Shown piece after piece: positions 38,729 to 52,850 of a DNA stretch of 64,000 nt. The first letter of the stretch is position 1; the number at the start of each line of letters is the position of its first letter. The position numbers and the translations under genes were made by a program. The DNA is from Flaccisagitta enflata (lineage: Eukaryota): contig OZ231126.1 of assembly GCA_965153355.1 (NCBI GenBank), positions 1,736,001-1,800,000 on the forward strand, written 5' to 3'. The notes beneath the pieces are model-generated. The model was not told where the DNA came from and did not search any database. It was given only the letters and a program-made list of their open reading frames with translations.

Positions 38729-39248
38729 TAAATTGTTTACAGAAATACTCTGAGTGTATGTCTTTGTCAGATGTTGACCTAAAAAAACATTAAATCAACA
38801 ATACACAAGACAAAAGCAAAGAAAATAAGGATCATTGACGAAATTTTGCTAACATTTCTTATCTCATTGCTACTGTCAAAATTATAAGACTCACAAATGC
38901 AAAGAAATTTTGCATCTTTAAAAACATAGCCGCTTCTGTAATCAATTTTGGAAGGCGGCTATGTTCTTCATTTTTGTGTTTTTTCATTTCTATGCAAAGT
39001 TTTAATTTTAACAAGCCTCCTATCAGTGAACAAGTATCAAATTTTGAATATTTTAAAGTGAAAATGTTTATTTAATAAGAATTTTCTTTTGCTCTTTTGC
39101 CCTGTTTGAATGCAAATTTTGCAATAGAATATTTACTATGATATACCTTAATATTTTTTTTTATGTTATCTTTTATTTTAATTGTCATAAAATTTTCTAT
39201 TTTGTCCCCTGTTTACACACTAAATCTTGCTGTCGGATGCTCGCCGTC

Positions 39249-39460
39249 GTAGGTGGGTGGAGTGGGATAAAGTGGTGTTAGGTGTTTTTTCCCGTCAGGA
39301 TGGGATTTGATGGACTGTGTAGGTGGGCGGAGTGGGATATGCGGTGTCAGGTGTTTTTTTTCTCATCATGGTGGTATTTGATGGACTGTGTAGGTGGGTG
39401 GAGTGGGATAAAGTGGCGTTAGACTTTTTTTTCCATCAGGGTGGGATTTGATGGACTGTG
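39249..39460. repeat. ~70-bp G-rich minisatellite, 3 copies
   Basis: GTAGGTGGGTGGAGTGGGATA...GATTTGATGGACTGT repeated three times. Confidence 0.85.
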
Positions 39461-40191
39461 GGTATTTAGCTCTGGGTGATATTTTTTTTACCACAGTAAG
39501 GCAAGCAGGGAGGAGGGGGGGCACTCGATTGGACTGTAAGGAAAGGTGAAATTTAAGAATACAGCGAGGGAGGAAGAATTGAATAGAATTGGGTGATGAT
39601 GGGCTAGGTGAGATTGGTAGAAAAGAGAACTGTAAGGGGGAAAGAGGGGAAGGTTGAAGTGTTTGCTCCGAGCAAAGGTTGTGAGGGGAGAAATATAGGG
39701 GAGATTAAAGGAATGGAAAAGAGTGAATGGTGAATGAGTGAGAACTGAAAACTGCAATTAAGTGGAAGGCTTGTTAAAGTGGAATGGTGGAAAAGCCGGT
39801 TGAGGAGGAACGGCAGACAGACAGACAGAAAGATGGAAATTCAAAGGGAGAAAGATATGATACTCAGTAAGGGGGACGATCAGGCACACAAACAGACAGA
39901 CAAGACAGATGGTGACACATATTGACGGACAGTCTTGGAGAATGGTAGAGAAATAGGAACGTACATTGTCACAGCCTCACAGAGAGAATGACAAACAATC
40001 AGGAAGATAGACAAACAGACAGACAAAAACAGAGATAAACAGACACAGACGTAGGAGGCAAATAAAGTCGGAGTGATATTCATCATAACAGATTCGATAT
40101 TCGCGCTTCTGAGGTCTGAGAATGACTGATTACTCCCCTATTTCCACCGCAAATTTCCCGACTTCTTTGTCTGTATCTCTCTCTCTGTCTT

Positions 40192-40268
<77 letters not shown>

Positions 40269-40904
40269 TTCTCTGTGGTTCCAAATTTGATAATTTTTTG
40301 AGATGCAGTCCGCGTGCGATGCCATCTCAAGCAATGACGACAGCCGCAACTTCTCAACATCTCAATGCGAATGAGCTTTTTTTTCGTTACTGGCATAGTC
40401 GACTGTATCAAAACGGTAATGACAGTATGCAGTATGCTGTATAACGAACACCCCAACACATAAAAGCGCCGAACAACTTTATTGTCTTATTATATAAGAG
40501 ACATATCATACCTAGTGTCCTAACCATTCTCATTAAAAGAACAGGTAAGAAGCCTTCCCAAGTTCCAATTTCGAAATAATTGCTTCATTTCTTATTTTCC
40601 GTTAACTCCACCGATTCTAAGGCTAAAGGCAATTCGTGTGGAAATCCTCCACTTTGCAAATCAGGGATCGAATATCTTTGATCTAATTGGATAATTTGAT
40701 ACTAGAGTCGGATTGAGCGACGATTTTTGTCGCGTTTTAAGTGTTTAATTGATTCCTGATTGTTGACACTCATCTTTCAACACATTTCGAAACAGAGACA
40801 GAATAAAAAACATTTGACACGAACTGTTTAGACTACGATTGAGAAACACACGCTATCTACCGACAAACGTTTAAAGATGATATGGTAACATTCAATTTCA
40901 TATA

Positions 40905-41165
40905 TTAGTCGCTTGCTATGCGACTCTATTAAAGACTGTTTTTGTACCAGTAGGTAGGTCCGTAGGAAACGCAAGATTAAGGTTACGCGAAATCGGCTGA
41001 AATAATGATTTCTGGGCATGGCGGCTCCTGCCTAGCCATATTGCAGTCCCCGCCCTCCAAGGACCAAAATACTGCTCCTGCCCACCCGCATTACTACCCC
41101 TGCCCACCTGCATTCCCGCCCCTCTCCAGCCGCAAGCGACTACTTATTGACCAATGACCATGTTT
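40905..41165 (+). mobile_element. Degenerate HINE, subTIR variant AGTCGCTTGC/GCAAGCGACT
   Basis: 5' AGTCGCTTGCTATGCGACT; 3' GCAAGCGACT...CCATGTTT. Confidence 0.6.
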
Positions 41166-41694
41166 TCGACCATATTTATTCCATGTATTTTTTTCCCGTC
41201 AAAGTCAGATAAAAGCAAGCTAGCTCTTTGACAATCATACATGAAGGAAGTGCTCCCCTAGCCAGATTTGTAATGAAGTATAACGGTTCACGCTTGTATA
41301 ACTCGGAACTAAAAGGTTGTGGTCTTGTATCTATTGACTACTTGGAGATCGAATTGATACGATTTAACAACTAAATCATGCGAGCAAAGAGATTGCATAA
41401 AGCAATAAATCGGGTCTGACTGAAGACTAAAATAGTCCCAAATGAACCAATCTCGTTTTTCCTCTTTTTCTCCAGAATTCTTCATTCGCGACCTCTGCAG
41501 GCCTTTGAAGATCTTCTTTACTGTGCACTTACCAAATCTCTTTCTGTCCGTCTTTCTTCCTGTGAATTCTGTCTTTCTTTGCTGAACACATTTTCAATTC
41601 TCTGTCTATCTTTTGTCCTTTTGTTTCTGTCTGTGACACCTGAGTATTTCTGTAAATTAGTTTGTCAACCGTTAGTCAGAATCAGAATTTGGAG

Positions 41695-42290
<596 letters not shown>

Positions 42291-42574
42291 GGAAGAAGGG
42301 AAGAAGGAAAGAAATTCAAACGACTGAAAATAGACTGACTGATCGGGGATGGGTACACATCAAAAGGGAAAGTAAGAATGATGAAAAAGCAGAAGAGAGA
42401 CAGTAAGATAATGACAGAGAGAGAGAGATAGAGAAAGAATGACAAAGTCAAAAAGTGTATATTGAGCCGGCTGTAACGTGTTAAGCCAACGGGCTGTTTC
42501 TTATCTTTCCTCTCATCGTCCTTCTTATCTTCCTTCTTTATCAGACTTTTTCATCTTAGATCTCAATCTCTGTA

Positions 42575-43106
42575 ACAACCTGACAAGATGGAAAGTAATA
42601 ATGGAATAACAAGAATATTAGTGGCTTTGAGGTAACCACCTGACAACATAAAAAGTAATGACAAAATAACAAGAATGTTAGCGACTTTGAGGTAACTACC
42701 TGTCAACATTAAAAGTAACGACAAAATAACAAGAAAATTAGTGACTTTGAGGTAACCACCTGACAACATGAAAAGTAATGACAAAATAACAAGAATATTA
42801 GCGACTTTGAGGTAACCACCTGACAACATGAAAAGTAATGACGAAATAACAAGAAAATTAGTGACTTTGAGGTAACCACCTGACAACATGAAAAGTAATG
42901 ACGAAATAACAAGAATATTAGCGACTTTTAGGTAATCACCTGACCACATGAAAAGTAATGACAAAATAACAAGAAAATCAGCGACTTTTAGGTATTAACC
43001 TGAGAACATGAAAAGTAACAACAAAATAACAAGAAAATTAGTGACTTTGAGGTAACCACCTGACAACATGAAAAGTAATGACAAAATAACAAGAATATTA
43101 GTGACT
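42575..43106. repeat. 60-bp minisatellite, about 9 copies, with alternating variants
   Basis: TGACAACATGAAAAGTAATGACAAAATAACAAGAA(T/A)ATTAG(C/T)GACTTTGAGGTAACCACC with an exact 60-bp period. Confidence 0.95.
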
Positions 43107-43656
43107 TATTGCCGTTATTTGCTGTTAAAGATGTACAGGTGGTATTTCCAGTTCCACGCGTTGGTAAGTTCATCAGTGATTGATATGGTAATGAACTGAA
43201 ATTCTTTGACGAATTTTATTCATTAATTCTTCCTCTCATTCTTCCCCCGCGACCTCGCTTCCCTAGTTCACTTGTTTTCAAGTTCATTCATTCATTTATT
43301 CACTGGTTCGTTCATTCATTCAGTCATTCTTGTTACCTCGCACATTCATTTCTGAGATTCAACCCCAAGAAATGCTTTTGTCTATCATTATATTCTACAA
43401 ATCCAAGCATCTGGTGAAAGAGACTGAAAGAATCAGCAAAACAGTAACAGAGACATCATTTGGGGTAGATGACATCCAAAAGCTCTCTTCTCTTTAACCC
43501 TCGTCTTCCCCACTCATCTCATTTTTTATCTCTTCTAATTTCGCTACGCCGATTTTGAAAAGTGAATAACTCTTTGTCAAAAATTCAAACTTGACTATTT
43601 TTGTGTCTCTTTTAATTGTCATGCGAGTTAATCAAGAAATCAGCGTGACCAAATTT

Positions 43657-43755
<99 letters not shown>

Positions 43756-43838
43756 GACTAAATCAGCGTGACCGAATCGGGGCAAATGATTCGCTCAGAG
43801 CAATCGTTAAGACAGTGGGACATCCTGACTAAACGACG

Positions 43839-43927
<89 letters not shown>

Positions 43928-44027
43928 CTGGTATTCATTTGGTGGTGGGTTTTTTGATGATTTGATCAACTATGACATCATCTGAACTGAAGGGAAAATT
44001 GACGGAAACAAAGACTCAGTTATCTCA

Positions 44028-44313
44028 ATCCCAGTGGCATCGGTGTAGGACAAGAGACTTTCAGGACATCCATGGACATCCCAGTGGCATCAGTGTAGGA
44101 CAAAGAACTTACAGGACATCCCAGTGGCATTGGTGTAGGACATAGAACTTACAGGACATCCATGGTCATCCCAGTGGCATCAGTGTAGGAGAAAGAACTT
44201 ACAGGACATCCATGGACATCCCAGTGGCATCAGTGTAGGACAAAGAACTTACAGGACAATCATGGACATCCCAGTGGCATCGGTGTAGGACAAAGAACTT
44301 ACAGGACATCCAT
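44028..44313. repeat. 40/50-bp minisatellite, about 6 copies
   Basis: ATCCCAGTGGCATCRGTGTAGGACAAAGAACTTACAGGAC with an optional ATCCATGGAC. Confidence 0.9.
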
Positions 44314-44752
44314 TGACGTATGTGTCTGTTGGGCGGGGAAGTCCTTTGGGTTGAGAATCCGGTAGAAATAGGAAAAAGAACGAAAGGGAAAAGAGAAAAA
44401 AGAAGGCAGAGAGGAAAATTACTATTTAGTGCGCCAATGCACGCCAACAACAGGCTCTGTCAGTTGGTCGATTGATTGGTTGGTTGGTTGGTAACGCATT
44501 TGTTTGACAATCCACACAGTGCACATATGAGCTAACTTTTTGCCTTGCTGTTCCAAAGGGCCCCTTTGAGCATAAGAAGTATGAAAGTTTGAAGTCACTG
44601 TCGGGCACAAAATTGGCCTAAAAATCTCTGTGCTTCAGGCTCCTCTACACCGCTGCCCTGTGGAATGGACACATTTCCTCGAAACCCCTTGTTTCAAACA
44701 AAATTTTAACATCCTAATTTAGTTACTGTTAACAAAATCTAAGCCAGTATAT

Positions 44753-45038
44753 TTTTAGATGCGTCCTCGCATCTCTATAATAGGCTGTGTCCGTCGGTTG
44801 GTCGGTTGGTTGGTCGGTTGGTTGGTCGGTTGGTCGGTAACGCATTCATTTAAAACATCAAAATCAAGCATTTTTTCAACAGAAAAGTGGTTCTACCCTA
44901 GTAAAAGAAGCATACATCAAGTAATTCATCCATTCAATCATTCATTCATTCACAAATGACATTCATTCATAAAAAAACATTCATTCATAAAAAGTGTTCA
45001 TTCAAAGAGGACGCATCTTTGGCCTACTTCGCCTTGTT
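44753..45038 (+). mobile_element. Short HINE family B
   Basis: TTTTTAGATGCGTCCTCGCATCT...(GTTG/GTCG)n...GAGGACGCATCTTTGGCCTACTTCGCCTTGTT. Confidence 0.8.
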
Positions 45039-45653
45039 GGTTAGTGGGAAGTGTTTAATAATGCCATGAAGGTAGCGATTCAAAAACGCTTTCTGAATGT
45101 GACTATCAAAATAAATTTTGCTTATTTGCTTATTTGCTTATTTGTTTTTCATGTGATTTCTGATCCACTTTTGCAGAATAAAAGATGAAAAAAGATGCCG
45201 TTTTGTTACCAGATGTAAAAAAGTCATTCGTGAAAAATTATGAATAGGATGCAGTATAAAATGTGCCATTTTACATCTCTTTCCCACAAATGGCAGTATT
45301 TGGGCCTTGATACTACAGTCTAGGCTGGCGTGTATGTGGTTCATTACTTGATTTTGCGTTGTTGAAAGACCAGAATTGTCTAGGATGGCATGGATGAACA
45401 CACTGTGTCACACAGTATAGTTCTCTTAGGCACATACGACTAAAGAAGCTAAAAACCACATGGGTGTTCTCTGAGGCAGATACTACTTAGGACCTTAAAA
45501 CTACATGTACGTCCTCTGAGTTTCGATAACTCTTTCCTCTTTCGGGGCATCGCCCAAAAAGTAACATTTGTAGCAAAATGTAAATCAGGTTTGACGTAAT
45601 TGAACATTTGCCTCTGACATAAACAGAGTAATAAGCGAAGCTCGGAAGATGGA

Positions 45654-45699
<46 letters not shown>

Positions 45700-45702
<3 letters not shown>

Positions 45703-47428
45703 AAATAACGCTGAAGCTTGGAGACTGAACAAAGGAGGTGAAGATGAATTAGAGAAAGTTGAAATACAAGCTCTAAAGAGCCTTTTTAGCTTGCCATTGC
45801 ACACACCAACAGCGGCAATCATTTACACTTTCGGCACATTATTCACAAAGCAACGTGTCGATAAAAAAATCCTCATCTATCTTCACAAACTACTACAGTA
45901 TGATTTTTCTGAACTGTAACAAAAGATGAGAACATAGCACGAAAAGTAGGAGAGCTAGCTACAACCTGAAAAAAACACTTGGAAGATATGAGTTTGCAGA
46001 TTTTTGATGAAAAATCCCAAGGACTTTTTCTTTTATTTTGATCTGATTAATGCATGTGAATCAAAAGGCAGATTCTACCAAAAAAGGCTGTTTTGTAGTG
46101 ACTGTCTTTCTGTAAATCATTATCATTTCTGAACGGTTTGAGCTACAGATCCCAGATTGGTCTCAAATGAAAGATATTTTGATGTGGTTTTAGGAGAAAA
46201 ACAAAGACAGCGATTTTTAAAAAGAGTTATCCTGCCAAACATGAACGATTTTGTTGTTTCGGGATAAATTGATTGCAGAATTGACTTTCAGTTAACCAAA
46301 TGCATTCAAAACTCAAAAAAAGTCTGTCTGTTGAGCTTTTCCCAAAAAGTACTTCAAAATAGCTTTCATTTGGGACCAATCTGGCATCTGTAGCTCAAAG
46401 GGTTTGGAAATGAGAGCTATTTAAAAAGAAACAGTTAAGCAGATATCTTTATGACTTTTTCCATTTTTCCACCTTTCAAAATTTCAATCCCAATTGAAAA
46501 AATAAGATGGATATCAGTTTTCTTTCCAAAAAACCTTTGGAATCTCTTAACAAATAACTGCAAACTTTCACCTTCTGATAGCTTCTTTCAGAATTTGGCT
46601 AGCTCTTCTAGTTTTTGCATAATGTTCTCATCTAATGTTACAGTTGAAAAAAATCATACTGTAAATAAAGGTGACGATGCTTGGTTAAAACAAGCCCTAT
46701 CCACTCTTTGCTCAATGAACACTGGGTGGTACCAAAAAACAATAGCAATCCTAGAAGAATACGATCTCCCAACTGACTTGGACGACATAAAAAAACTGAC
46801 AGAAGCGGGTTGGAGATCACAAGTCACAAGAAAAATAGAAAAGACCAACAAAGAACGCCTCTTAGAGTCATGTTACAAAACCGTGGATGGCATCAAAACT
46901 CCCAAGACAAAAACTCAATACATGGCTCGCGAACTAGACAGGAGAGAGTACATCAGAGCTCCTGACAGTATCATCCTCAAGACAACAAAATATGAAGCTA
47001 AAACCATCATAATGGCGCGGTATGGGATGCTGCAATGTGGACAAAATTTTAAGGGGTCTGATGATGTTAATTGTAATACCTGTAATGTAGCTGATGATGA
47101 AAATCATCGCCTGAATTATTGTACTAAATGGAAGGACACCAACCTTCTTAATGCTGATATAACAATTGATTTTAAAAATGTATATTCCAATGATATCGAA
47201 ACACTAAGAGTGATACTACCATACATTCAAAAGGTGTGGAACGTAAAAAATGCAAATGGAACAATGCATACTAATTGAATTAATTTGTTTTGTCATGTAC
47301 TCTTGTATTTATTTTGATGTTTCTTTGAACCTATTTATTATTTATGTACAATTTTGTACCGCTCATAACAATTCATTTGTTAATGTGATGAACGCACATT
47401 TGATAAGCATTACAAGTCAAGTCAAGTC

Positions 47429-47432
<4 letters not shown>
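45700..47432 (+). mobile_element. 5'-truncated LINE 3' end with (CAAGT)n tail, embedded in (CT)n and interrupted by a MITE
   Basis: LNNAEAW...ELEKVEIQALK..LFSLP..TPTAAI (post-RT region) continues after the MITE as NKGDDAW...CNTC..DENH..YC (CCHC-type) to a stop at 47278, then a T-rich UTR and CAAGT x4. Confidence 0.8.
45896..46661. mobile_element. Tc1/mariner-type MITE
   Basis: TA|CAGTATGATTTTTCTGAACTGTAAC ... GTTACAGTTGAAAAAAATCATACTG|TA. Removing it restores the LINE reading frame (HKLL-NKG). Confidence 0.9.
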
Positions 47433-47505
<73 letters not shown>

Positions 47506-47679
47506 AGTGTCCGATGGAAGGTGGCAATTAACGGATCGTAGAATGATACAGGAGGGGATTTTATATAGTCTACTGAGAGCACCGTGTCATTTCTTGATCC
47601 ACTGTGACGAATTGAGATGGAAAGGACAAGTTATGTCGGAGTAATGACAAAGGAGAGGAAGAGGGGGAATAAGAAGAGG

Positions 47680-47950
47680 ACGAAGAAGAAGAAGAAGTAG
47701 AAGAAGAAGTAGAAGAAGAAGAAGAAGAAGAAGAAGAAGAAGAAGAAGAAGAAGAAGAAGAAGAAGAAGAAGAAGAAGAAGAAGAAGAAGAAGAAGAAGG
47801 AGAAGAAGATGAAATAGAAGAAAAAGAAGAAGAAGAAGAAGAAGAAGAAGTAGGAGAAGAAGTAGAAGATGGAGAAGAAGGAGAAGAAGAAGAAGAAGAA
47901 GAAGAAGAAGAAGAAGAAGAAGAAGAAGAAGAAGAAGAAGAAGAAGAAGA
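47680..47950. repeat. (GAA)n microsatellite
   Basis: Direct repeat. Confidence 0.95.
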
Positions 47951-47954
47951 TGGA

Positions 47955-48470
47955 GGATTCGAAACTATTGTACAAACAGTGCGAGCGAGCGAATATGGAA
48001 TATTCGTCAGTGTTTTGCGCGGGTGAAAACTATGAAACGGAACATAGTTGAAACTATCCGTTTCTTTATGGTAAGTGTCAGTTTCCAGACTACCATCATT
48101 TTTAGTCGCGTGCACGCGACTCTACAACCCGCTCCGTCGGTCGGTCCGTCCGTCCGTCCGTCGGTCTGTCGGTCGGTAACACTTTGCTTTTTTTCGTCTT
48201 TTTGGGTCGTCTGGAGTTATTTTGACTCATTTTTTTGTTGTTTTTGGGAATTATTGGTTGCTTTTAGTCATTTTTGGTCATTTTTGATCATTTTTGGTCA
48301 TTTTGGTCATTTTGGTCATTTTGGTGATTTTGGTCATTTTTGGTCATTTTTGGTCATTTTTGGTCATTTTTTTTTACACTAAAAGCGACATCGAGAAATG
48401 GAATTGACTTGCCCTCTTCCATTGTAAATCTTATCTTTGGTTCGATATCATTCATGATATCAAACAGGAT
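47955..48470 (-). pseudogene. Penelope-like element RT C-terminal fragment split by a HINE
   Basis: FDIMNDIEPKIRFTMEEGKSIPFLDV, then the insertion, then NDGSLETDTYHKETDSFNYVPFHSFHPRKTLTNIPYSLARTVCTIVS; these are typical PLE RT thumb motifs. Confidence 0.75.
48098..48370 (+). mobile_element. 3'-truncated large satellite HINE
   Basis: Matches 9180-9450; sits in a T-run. Confidence 0.8.
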
Positions 48471-48495
48471 AGATGGTTGGCCCAGTGACATTTTC

Positions 48496-48906
<411 letters not shown>

Positions 48907-49230
48907 ATATGCTACATTTCATTTATCCTCATGTTACTGTCACCCAATTGGCCATCCAACTCAATTCAAACCTTTCCTCTTTAAAATTTGAATAAAAAAC
49001 TTGTCTGAAATTTAAGTGGGACATTTTACGAGTGGCGTTTCATGACAAATTTGTCTCGGGCAGGAAAGTAAGCCATCAATAAGTTGTCAACCGTTCATTT
49101 TATTCACACACATGCTTTTTTTTCGAAATGTGCCAAATGCCTCATTCTTTCCATCGTTCGTTTGGCTTAATTCGCTCTAGCTGTGTTCACTTGGTTTTAA
49201 TGAAAACTGTTGAAACTTGAACGAAATATC

Positions 49231-49447
49231 AACAAGGCTGGATACACGGCTAACCCAGTCGCGTGCGGTGGGCAGGAGCTTTATCAGGTCACTTTATCAT
49301 TTGGGCAGGAGCAGTGAGGCCAAAGACCGCAAAAACCCAAAGAAAGTAAAGTGTGATGGACCAACGGACAGACCGACGTACCGACTTACCAACAGACCAA
49401 CGGACCGACTAAGCGGGATGTAGAGTCGCGTAGCACGCGACTAAAAA
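49231..49447 (-). mobile_element. Short HINE family A
   Basis: AACAAGGCTGGATACACGGC...AGTCGCGTAGCACGCGACTAAAAA. Confidence 0.8.
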
Positions 49448-49527
49448 TTGATCATCATTGTAACCACGACATATAAGGAATCTACAAGTACAAAAAAGCT
49501 TGCGGAGTTTGATGTGAGATATGTCCT

Positions 49528-50680
49528 CTTTGGGGCAGCGGCCCCAAGGGGGTCCATGTCCTGTAGAACACAGGGGGGACTTTTGTTCGTTCGTGCGTGT
49601 GTACCCCCCCCCTTTCTTTTTTTTTTTGTCAATTTTCCATGTTATTCTATGGGAGCTTTTGCATTTTTTTTCATTTTTCATTAATTTTTCTAACTATTCA
49701 ATGGGAATCCTTTATTTTTACTTTATCTGTCAATTTCCCATGTTATACAATGGGAAATATACATTTTTTTTCATTTTCTCGTCAATCTTCCATATCATGC
49801 AATGGTAATTACATACTTTTTCATTTTTTTGTCAATTTTCCATGCTTTCCAATGGAAATTTTTGAAATTTTCGTTTTTTGTCTGTTTTCCATGTTATCCA
49901 ATGGTGCTTTCAAACCGGATTGGGCAGAAATCCACCCACGTTCTACAGGATATTGTCTCCTTTGGGGCCGCTGCCCTGCTTACTATCAGCTAACACCCCT
50001 TCCATAATTAGGCAAACTGGGATGAAAAGGCGCTGTTTAAGGGTTGATAGATACAAGTATGATTAATTCAAACGATGTTAAACATCAACATCGGTAAATT
50101 TCATCAACATAATGCAAAAAATGACTAAAAAATGTTAACGGCTATCTCCTTATAAGCTCAATTATGCGATTAAGTGAAAAGTCATGTAAGGGCCCTCTCT
50201 GGCCATGATCTCAATATGTCATCTTCTTGTCTTGGGCTTTTGTCAGTTAATGCGGTTTTCCATGCCCCTCCTTCTTCGTCACTGACTTTCCTGCACCAAC
50301 CAACCTCATTACCTGCTAAATAGCGGTTTTTTTTTTGCATCCCATCTTCTCAAAATGCTGGAGGGAATACACCTTCCCCTTTGAAACAATTTTCCCGTAG
50401 AAATTGGCAATGATTTGACGCCGCACTTCCGGTAAAGGTCCCTCCATCTCCTTCTACATGCTGGAAAGTCCCCTCCTTCGCTTTCCTACGTCAAAGTACT
50501 ACGTCTTAGCTATCTCTGTGTCAAATTTCATCACTCTGAGAGCATTTCTACTATCAATTTGGATCATTTTTCCAGTTCGCTTAATTATGGAAGGGGAGTT
50601 AATACAGTTATACTGATAAACATACAAAGCAGGGCAACGGGTATTGCTTACCACATATTGCCCTTGGGCGACTGGTTGTC
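49528..50680 (+). mobile_element. Family D-related element interrupted by a piggyBac-like MITE
   Basis: TTTGGGGCAGCGGCCCCAAGG ... CCTTTGGGGCCGCTGCCCTGCT. The 3' end GCAACGGGTATTGCTTACCA..GCGACTGGTT resembles the reverse complement of 14858-14900. Confidence 0.55.
49994..50598. mobile_element. piggyBac-like MITE
   Basis: CTAA|CACCCCTTCCATAATTAGGCAAACTGG ... CCAGTTCGCTTAATTATGGAAGGGGAG|TTAA. Confidence 0.65.
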
Positions 50681-50968
50681 TTTTTGTACAAAACATGTAC
50701 AACTTGCGAGCAATGGAGGCTCAACAATCATGTCGTTCCTGTGGTACGTTCATCATTGTAAAACATGGAAACACTTTCTATGTCAAACAACAATGACATC
50801 TTATGCATTTAAAACTCGTTTTCATTGTAACGAATGTCGCGATTACTACTACAAATAAAATGCTATAAATTCAAGACTTAATCGATTAAAACAATAAATT
50901 GATATTCAGACTAATAAAGTCATTCATCATTTGGGTATTAAGAAGTTTTGTTTTACTCTGGCGCCTAT

Positions 50969-51115
<147 letters not shown>

Positions 51116-52098
51116 ATGTTGTTTTTGATTCCACGAAAACTTTTTAACCTCGGTCGGAAGGACGGATGGACGTATGGACGAATAGACGTTTTGATGTGCA
51201 AAATATTGCCATCTACAGCACTGATTTCCTCTACGAATTGGTCGACAATTCCTTGGAAAAAAAGTTTGGACGTATCAGGATATGGATGTATATCTGGATT
51301 CTGGAATATGAGCTTTTATTCATGGCTAAGACTTAAACACAGATCATTCGAGAACATTTAGCTACAGCGCAGAGAGAGATGGTAGAAATTTTCGGTACTT
51401 TTACGACAGCCCCCATCGATGGCATGAAATAATTCTTCTTATTGCAGCATTTACTGCATCATGAAGCGATTTCATTTCTCTCATGATAGGATTTCAGACG
51501 TGAACTTGCTGATTGAGGTATCACACACTTACTTTGTTTAATTGTTGATCGCGAAGTTGATTTTCTTTCTGATGAAAATCCTTTTTTGGAAATCTAGCGA
51601 TTTTAACTTTTAAGTTGGTTGTTGCTATGACTAATTCTTCAATGTAAGCTCTAAATTAAGGGATATCCATTTAAGGATGGATTTTAGCTCAGGATTTGAT
51701 GCTCGTTTCACTTCGTGAATCAGTCAAGTGTGATCAAGCATTACTCCTTTTAGTCCTTTACGGTCAGGTGTCAATTTTTGAAAAAGAAAATCAGACATCT
51801 GTGATGCTTTTTGTTTCATCTCTATCAACAGAGGTTGGCGCCAAAGAGACAATGACAAGACACATGAATTGGGACAAGAGACAAGGACCCCTGGTCGGTA
51901 TTTTGATATCGAGGAGAAAATCATTAAATGTTTTAACTCATTTTTTTGGAAGTTGTTGATCAATGAATGGAGACCGGATTTGTTCTTTTTACGATCATTT
52001 TTTAGGGTTGGCCTTGTTTGATACTGCCAATAACAGAGCCTTCTAAACCGATTCCTTTTCTTTTCCATATTGTGTGTGGTTTCTCCAATCTCTGTCTT

Positions 52099-52454
<356 letters not shown>

Positions 52455-52640
52455 GTTTTTGCGGTCGTCCGTGTGGCGTCTCTACGTTGATCTCCCGTAG
52501 TGAAGGCGCCTCGATTTTGTCGCGATGAGTCGAAAACAAAAGATCAAAAAATCGAATTTCAATTAATCAAAAAGTAATTTTCAATGAATGACAAAAAGAC
52601 AATCAACAAGTTTGATGACTTTGATATTTTCAAATCGCTT

Positions 52641-52850
52641 TGAACACCAACTCTGAAGCCTGCTCCCAAGTGAGGATGCCCCATCGCACTGAACACCAAC
52701 ACCAAAGTCATTTGACAAATGAGATTATCATATCGCACTGAACGCCCACTTTGAACCCTGCTCGCAAATGTGAATGCCACATCGCACTGAGCGCCAACTT
52801 TGAATCTTTTGCCATATTAGGATGCCACATTGCATCGAGTACCAACATTG
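52641..52850. repeat. Diverged 49-bp tandem repeat, 4-5 copies
   Basis: CATCGCACTGAACACCAAC-like core at a 49-bp period. Confidence 0.7.

Noticed and set aside
42563-42964. Apparent multi-pass membrane protein ORF
   Set aside because: Open frame of a 60-bp AT-rich minisatellite with no other coding evidence.
46451-46661. N-terminal 70 aa of the 275-aa ORF
   Set aside because: Chance read-in from the Tc1-type MITE; the real upstream coding sequence is the LINE segment at 45700-45895.
52641-52850. CRISPR-like repeat/spacer appearance (also 318-525 and 44028-44313)
   Set aside because: The spacers are homologous to each other, the repeats are degenerate, there are no cas genes and the context is eukaryotic.
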